Shown one piece after another: positions 60,480-64,000 of a stretch of 64,000 bases of DNA. The stretch lies in the NCBI GenBank assembly GCA_963727805.1, contig CAVSHF010000003.1, forward strand, positions 1,920,001-1,984,000. Direction: 5' to 3'. The number at the start of each line of letters is the position of its first letter. Within the stretch, counting starts at the first letter, position 1. The stretch is from an uncultured Nitrospiraceae bacterium (lineage in GTDB: Bacteria > Nitrospirota > Thermodesulfovibrionia > Thermodesulfovibrionales > Dissulfurispiraceae). The translations under genes were made by a program, and so were the position numbers. The notes under the pieces were generated by a model. The model made no database searches, was not told the origin of the DNA, and was given only the letters and a program-made list of their open reading frames with translations.

Positions 60480-61628
60480 ATGTCTATGAAAAAAATACGC
60501 ATTGCATATCTCATTGATACTATCAGTTCCGATAAAGCCGGTACTGAGAAGCAACTTCTCAATATAATCAAGCGCTTGGACCGGGATATATTCGAGGTTT
60601 CGCTTATTTGCCTTAGCCAATCCCCATGGATGTTGCAGAACCGTTTGCCGTGCGAAGTGGTCACGCTAGGGTATTGCGGGTTCTTGAAGCCAGGTTTTCT
60701 AACTGTGCTTTGGCGTTATCTGCAAGTACTCAAAAATGGTCGTTTCGATGTGGTGCAAACTTTTTTCGAGGAGGCAATATTTGTTGCTTTCATGGGGAAA
60801 ATAATGAGTAGCACCAAGCAGCCGTTAATCGTAAGTTGCAGGGACCTGGGGTTGGGTGTCGACGAACCAGGCTACCATCGGCTTTATAAAAAAATCAAGC
60901 CATTAATTCTGAAATCAGTCGACGGCGTCTTAACAAATGCAATCGCCATCAAGTCTGCTATGACCGAACAGGATAATGTCCCGCCGGGGAAAATTCATGT
61001 AATCGGCAATGGACTAGATTTGCCGTCGCCCCCCAAGGAAACCCCACCCCTGTTCAAAGAAAATATTGCAGATATATGGATAGGGATAGCCGCCAACCTG
61101 AAACCGGTGAAGAGGATTGATGTTTTTTTACGGGCACTGGCGCAGCTCAAGGCAAGTGGAACTGGTGAGAGAGTTAGAGCCGTTATCCTTGGTGAAGGCC
61201 GTTTGAGATCGGAGCTAGCTCAGCTTGCCTTGGATCTTGGTGTAGCCAATATGGTGCATTTCATGGGGGCAATCGATAATGTGAACGACTACCTGCAATG
61301 TATTGATATAGGGGTTCTATGCTCGGATAAAGAGGGCCTGCCCAACGCCATCCTGGAATATATGGCCTGCGGCCTACCTGTGGCAGCGACTGCTGTAGGT
61401 GGGGTAGGTGAGCTTATTGATGATGATAATGGCATTAGCGTTCCAGCCGGTGATTACGTGGCCCTGGGGAATGCTCTGGCAATCCTTGTTTCTTCGGCCT
61501 CCCTCCGAAAAGAGTTGGGAGAAAAGTCCCGTGAGAAAGTCCGAAATTACTCAACCTGGGACATAATTATGCCTCAATGGGAAAGATATTATTGTTCAAT
61601 AACCGGTATAGGAGCCTCTCCATGTTAG
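60480..61628 (+). CDS. Glycosyltransferase family 4
   Basis: GTEKQL, ANLKPVKR, EGLPNAILEYMACGLP. Confidence 0.92.
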   Translation: MSMKKIRIAYLIDTISSDKAGTEKQLLNIIKRLDRDIFEVSLICLSQSPWMLQNRLPCEVVTLGYCGFLKPGFLTVLWRYLQVLKNGRFDVVQTFFEEAIFVAFMGKIMSSTKQPLIVSCRDLGLGVDEPGYHRLYKKIKPLILKSVDGVLTNAIAIKSAMTEQDNVPPGKIHVIGNGLDLPSPPKETPPLFKENIADIWIGIAANLKPVKRIDVFLRALAQLKASGTGERVRAVILGEGRLRSELAQLALDLGVANMVHFMGAIDNVNDYLQCIDIGVLCSDKEGLPNAILEYMACGLPVAATAVGGVGELIDDDNGISVPAGDYVALGNALAILVSSASLRKELGEKSREKVRNYSTWDIIMPQWERYYCSITGIGASPC

Positions 61629-62983
61629 ATGGCTATTGGTTTTCCCCATTTCGCCGACTGGTATTTGAACCACTTATTTCTTTAAAGAACGGCAGCCCAC
61701 TGCGGAGATACTGGAAAGATCTGGAAAAGACGCAATATTTGCCAAAAGCCGTTCTAATGGAAAGGCAATGGCAGAGGCTGGAAAATCTAATCCGGTTTGC
61801 ATGGGAGAACAATGCATTTTATCGTGCGCGATTTGAGATAGCAGGGATTACACCCGATATGGTGCAATCACCTGAAGATATGCAAAAGATCCCAGTACTG
61901 ACTAAACAGGAAATTCGGCAAAATACTCCACAAATGATTAGTCGTGGTTATGTATTGCCGGATTTACTTCAATTCAAGACCGGCGGCTCAACCGGTAAAG
62001 CCCTTGATATATATATCACTGAAGATTGCAGCGAATTGCGCAACGCCTGCGCCAGACGTCATGACAGATGGACAGGATGGGAAGTCGGTGAGCCCATAGC
62101 GGCGGTGTGGGGTAACCCTTATCTGCCTTCAAGCATCAAGGAAAAATTGAAGAACTGGCTTCTCACACCGTTCATCTATCTGGATACGATGAGTGTCACT
62201 GAAAAGTCTGTCAGGAATTTTGCGGTTGAATGGGAAAGAGTCCACCCTACGCTGCTTTTCGGGCATGCCCACTCACTCTACCTGCTGGCGCAATATGTCC
62301 GTGATTTAAACATAACCAACATCAAGCCTCGGGGAATTTTGTCCACATCGATGATGCTTATGCCCCAGGAGAGAAAAGTTATTGAGGAGGTTTTCTGCAC
62401 GAAAGTAAACGATCGATACGGGTGTGAAGAGGTAAGTCTTATTGCCTCAGAGTGTGAAAAGCATGAAGGTATGCATCTGAACATAGAGCATCTCTATGTT
62501 GAGTTTTTAAAGGAAGAAGGCGGCTACGCCGCTCCGGGCGAACCAGGGAAAATTGTTGTAACCGATTTAATGAACAAAGCCATGCCGTTTATCCGGTACC
62601 AAGTTGAAGACGTTGGTGTGCCTTCTGAAAGGACGTGCTCATGCGGCAGAGGACTTCCCCTAATGGAAACAGTTACCGGCAGGGTGGCTGACTTCCTGAT
62701 AAAATCAGACGGTTCTAAAGTAGCTGGAGTGTCATTAATAGAGAACACTCTTACAAAGATCCCCGGTATTGATCAGATGCAAATTGTCCAGGACAGGATC
62801 GACTTGATCACGCTGCTCGTTGTTCCGGGTGGAGATTTCACAGACTTTTCTCAGATCCAGTTGCAAAATTATTTCGAAAGCTTATTCGGCAAGACGGTCA
62901 CAGTCGAAATTGACTTAGTGAGTTTTATCGCACCTGAACCATCCGGGAAGTATCGTTTTTCGATATGCAGAATCTCCAATTGA
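61622..62983 (+). CDS. Phenylacetate-CoA ligase family adenylate-forming protein (CapK-like)
   Basis: TGGSTG, RYGCEE, TDL.N.AMP.IRY..ED, CSCGRG, GR, SGKYRF; AGGAG SD before ATG 61622. Confidence 0.88.
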   Translation: MLDGYWFSPFRRLVFEPLISLKNGSPLRRYWKDLEKTQYLPKAVLMERQWQRLENLIRFAWENNAFYRARFEIAGITPDMVQSPEDMQKIPVLTKQEIRQNTPQMISRGYVLPDLLQFKTGGSTGKALDIYITEDCSELRNACARRHDRWTGWEVGEPIAAVWGNPYLPSSIKEKLKNWLLTPFIYLDTMSVTEKSVRNFAVEWERVHPTLLFGHAHSLYLLAQYVRDLNITNIKPRGILSTSMMLMPQERKVIEEVFCTKVNDRYGCEEVSLIASECEKHEGMHLNIEHLYVEFLKEEGGYAAPGEPGKIVVTDLMNKAMPFIRYQVEDVGVPSERTCSCGRGLPLMETVTGRVADFLIKSDGSKVAGVSLIENTLTKIPGIDQMQIVQDRIDLITLLVVPGGDFTDFSQIQLQNYFESLFGKTVTVEIDLVSFIAPEPSGKYRFSICRISN

Positions 62984-63004
62984 AATGACCAGACTATTGA
63001 TACC

Positions 63005-64000
63005 ATGAATGACGTGAAGCTAAGTGAAAAGTATTCGGTAGACTATCCCAAAATTAGCATTATATGGCTGCTACTGTTCTGTGGTTATGTTATAGAGTGG
63101 TATTTGCAGCTTGGAGATAGAATACCAGTATTAGGAGAAATAAGGTTTGAGTTTATTTATGCTCTCTTTTTAATCGTTATCGCTTTCCTTTTCACCCCTA
63201 AAATAGATAGTGATTGTCCATTAAATTTTTATATTATATTATATTTTATTGTACTAGTGGTGCAGATTCCATTTTCTTATGATTTTAACACTTCATGGGA
63301 TGTATTTATTGACAGAATTATCAAATTTGCCTTCTTGGCTTTTTTTATCGCCGCATTTGTAAGAAGTCCGACACATTTGAAATATTTTCTAGCAGCTTTT
63401 TTACTGGCATGCCTAAAAATGGGCCAAGAAGGATTGGAAGGCCGAATTTCAGGTGCCCTCATATGGGAAAATCAAGGAGTAATGAGATTGCATGGAGCGA
63501 CACCAAATTACGCTCATCCAAATTCTTTCTCTGGCATGGCACTGGGTACTTTGCCATTTATCTATTATCTTTGGCCTCTGAGTAACAAATATATTCGGTT
63601 CACGCTTTTACTGATTGCACTGCTATCGCTCAATATTATACTGTATACTGGATCGAGGACTGGATACGTAGGTTTACTTGGCTTGCTTGTGTATATGTAT
63701 ATAAATACAAAAGCTAAAAGGAAACTCGTCATATATTCAATTCTTGTGGCACTCATAGCTTTGCCGTTCATCCCAGCTGATTATGCCGGAAGATTTGACA
63801 GTATATTTACTGGAAAGGAGAAAGAGGGCCACTCAGAAGAGACAAGAATCCAGATAATAGAAGACGCTTGGCAAATATTCATACAGAATCCTCTCGGCCT
63901 GGGGGTGTCTGCTTTTCCAAAAAAAAGAATGGATACCTTCGGCAGAAATCAGGATACTCATAATTTATATCTGCAGATCGCAACGAATCTGGGGGTCCAG
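63005..64000 (+). CDS. O-antigen ligase/Wzy polymerase family protein (partial, runs off window end; absent from ORF track)
   Basis: Open frame from ATG 63005: many TMs, HPNSF, TGSRTG, R..I...AW.IF..NPLGLG, THNLYLQI..NLG. Confidence 0.88.
   Translation, partial: MNDVKLSEKYSVDYPKISIIWLLLFCGYVIEWYLQLGDRIPVLGEIRFEFIYALFLIVIAFLFTPKIDSDCPLNFYIILYFIVLVVQIPFSYDFNTSWDVFIDRIIKFAFLAFFIAAFVRSPTHLKYFLAAFLLACLKMGQEGLEGRISGALIWENQGVMRLHGATPNYAHPNSFSGMALGTLPFIYYLWPLSNKYIRFTLLLIALLSLNIILYTGSRTGYVGLLGLLVYMYINTKAKRKLVIYSILVALIALPFIPADYAGRFDSIFTGKEKEGHSEETRIQIIEDAWQIFIQNPLGLGVSAFPKKRMDTFGRNQDTHNLYLQIATNLGVQ

Overview
Bacterial chromosomal window of moderate GC. Gene content suggests an anaerobic Nitrospirota- or Desulfobacterota-like organism (inference only). 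The left part (1-26.5 kb) mixes housekeeping and accessory genes: YihY, a SAM methyltransferase, LtrA, YgiD dioxygenase, YyaL-like thioredoxin-domain protein, a CBS + HPP pair, Sel1/TPR proteins, a NifA-type sigma54 activator translationally coupled to an orphan ParA, an HD-GYP phosphodiesterase, an RhlB-like helicase, pgi, ettA, a sigma54-driven Ala/Lys-rich secreted protein, thioredoxin and a PilZ protein. The right part (27.2-64 kb) is one long + strand Wzy-type exopolysaccharide locus of the PEP-CTERM/exosortase-A-associated type. It carries a full legionaminic-acid-type nonulosonic acid pathway with three extra oxidoreductases and several tailoring enzymes. Signals the ORF track misses: (1) a secreted DUF1573 protein read through an in-frame TGA in the motif P-[TGA]-G-C-T, a probable selenoprotein (25672-26040), apparently leaderless and divergent from a CGHC thioredoxin; (2) a doubly frameshifted prsT-like remnant and an asnB-like remnant, with no exosortase gene in the window, suggesting the EPS locus is losing its protein-sorting arm; (3) an O-antigen ligase/Wzy gene running off the right edge. 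I saw no rRNA, tRNA, CRISPR array or intact mobile element.
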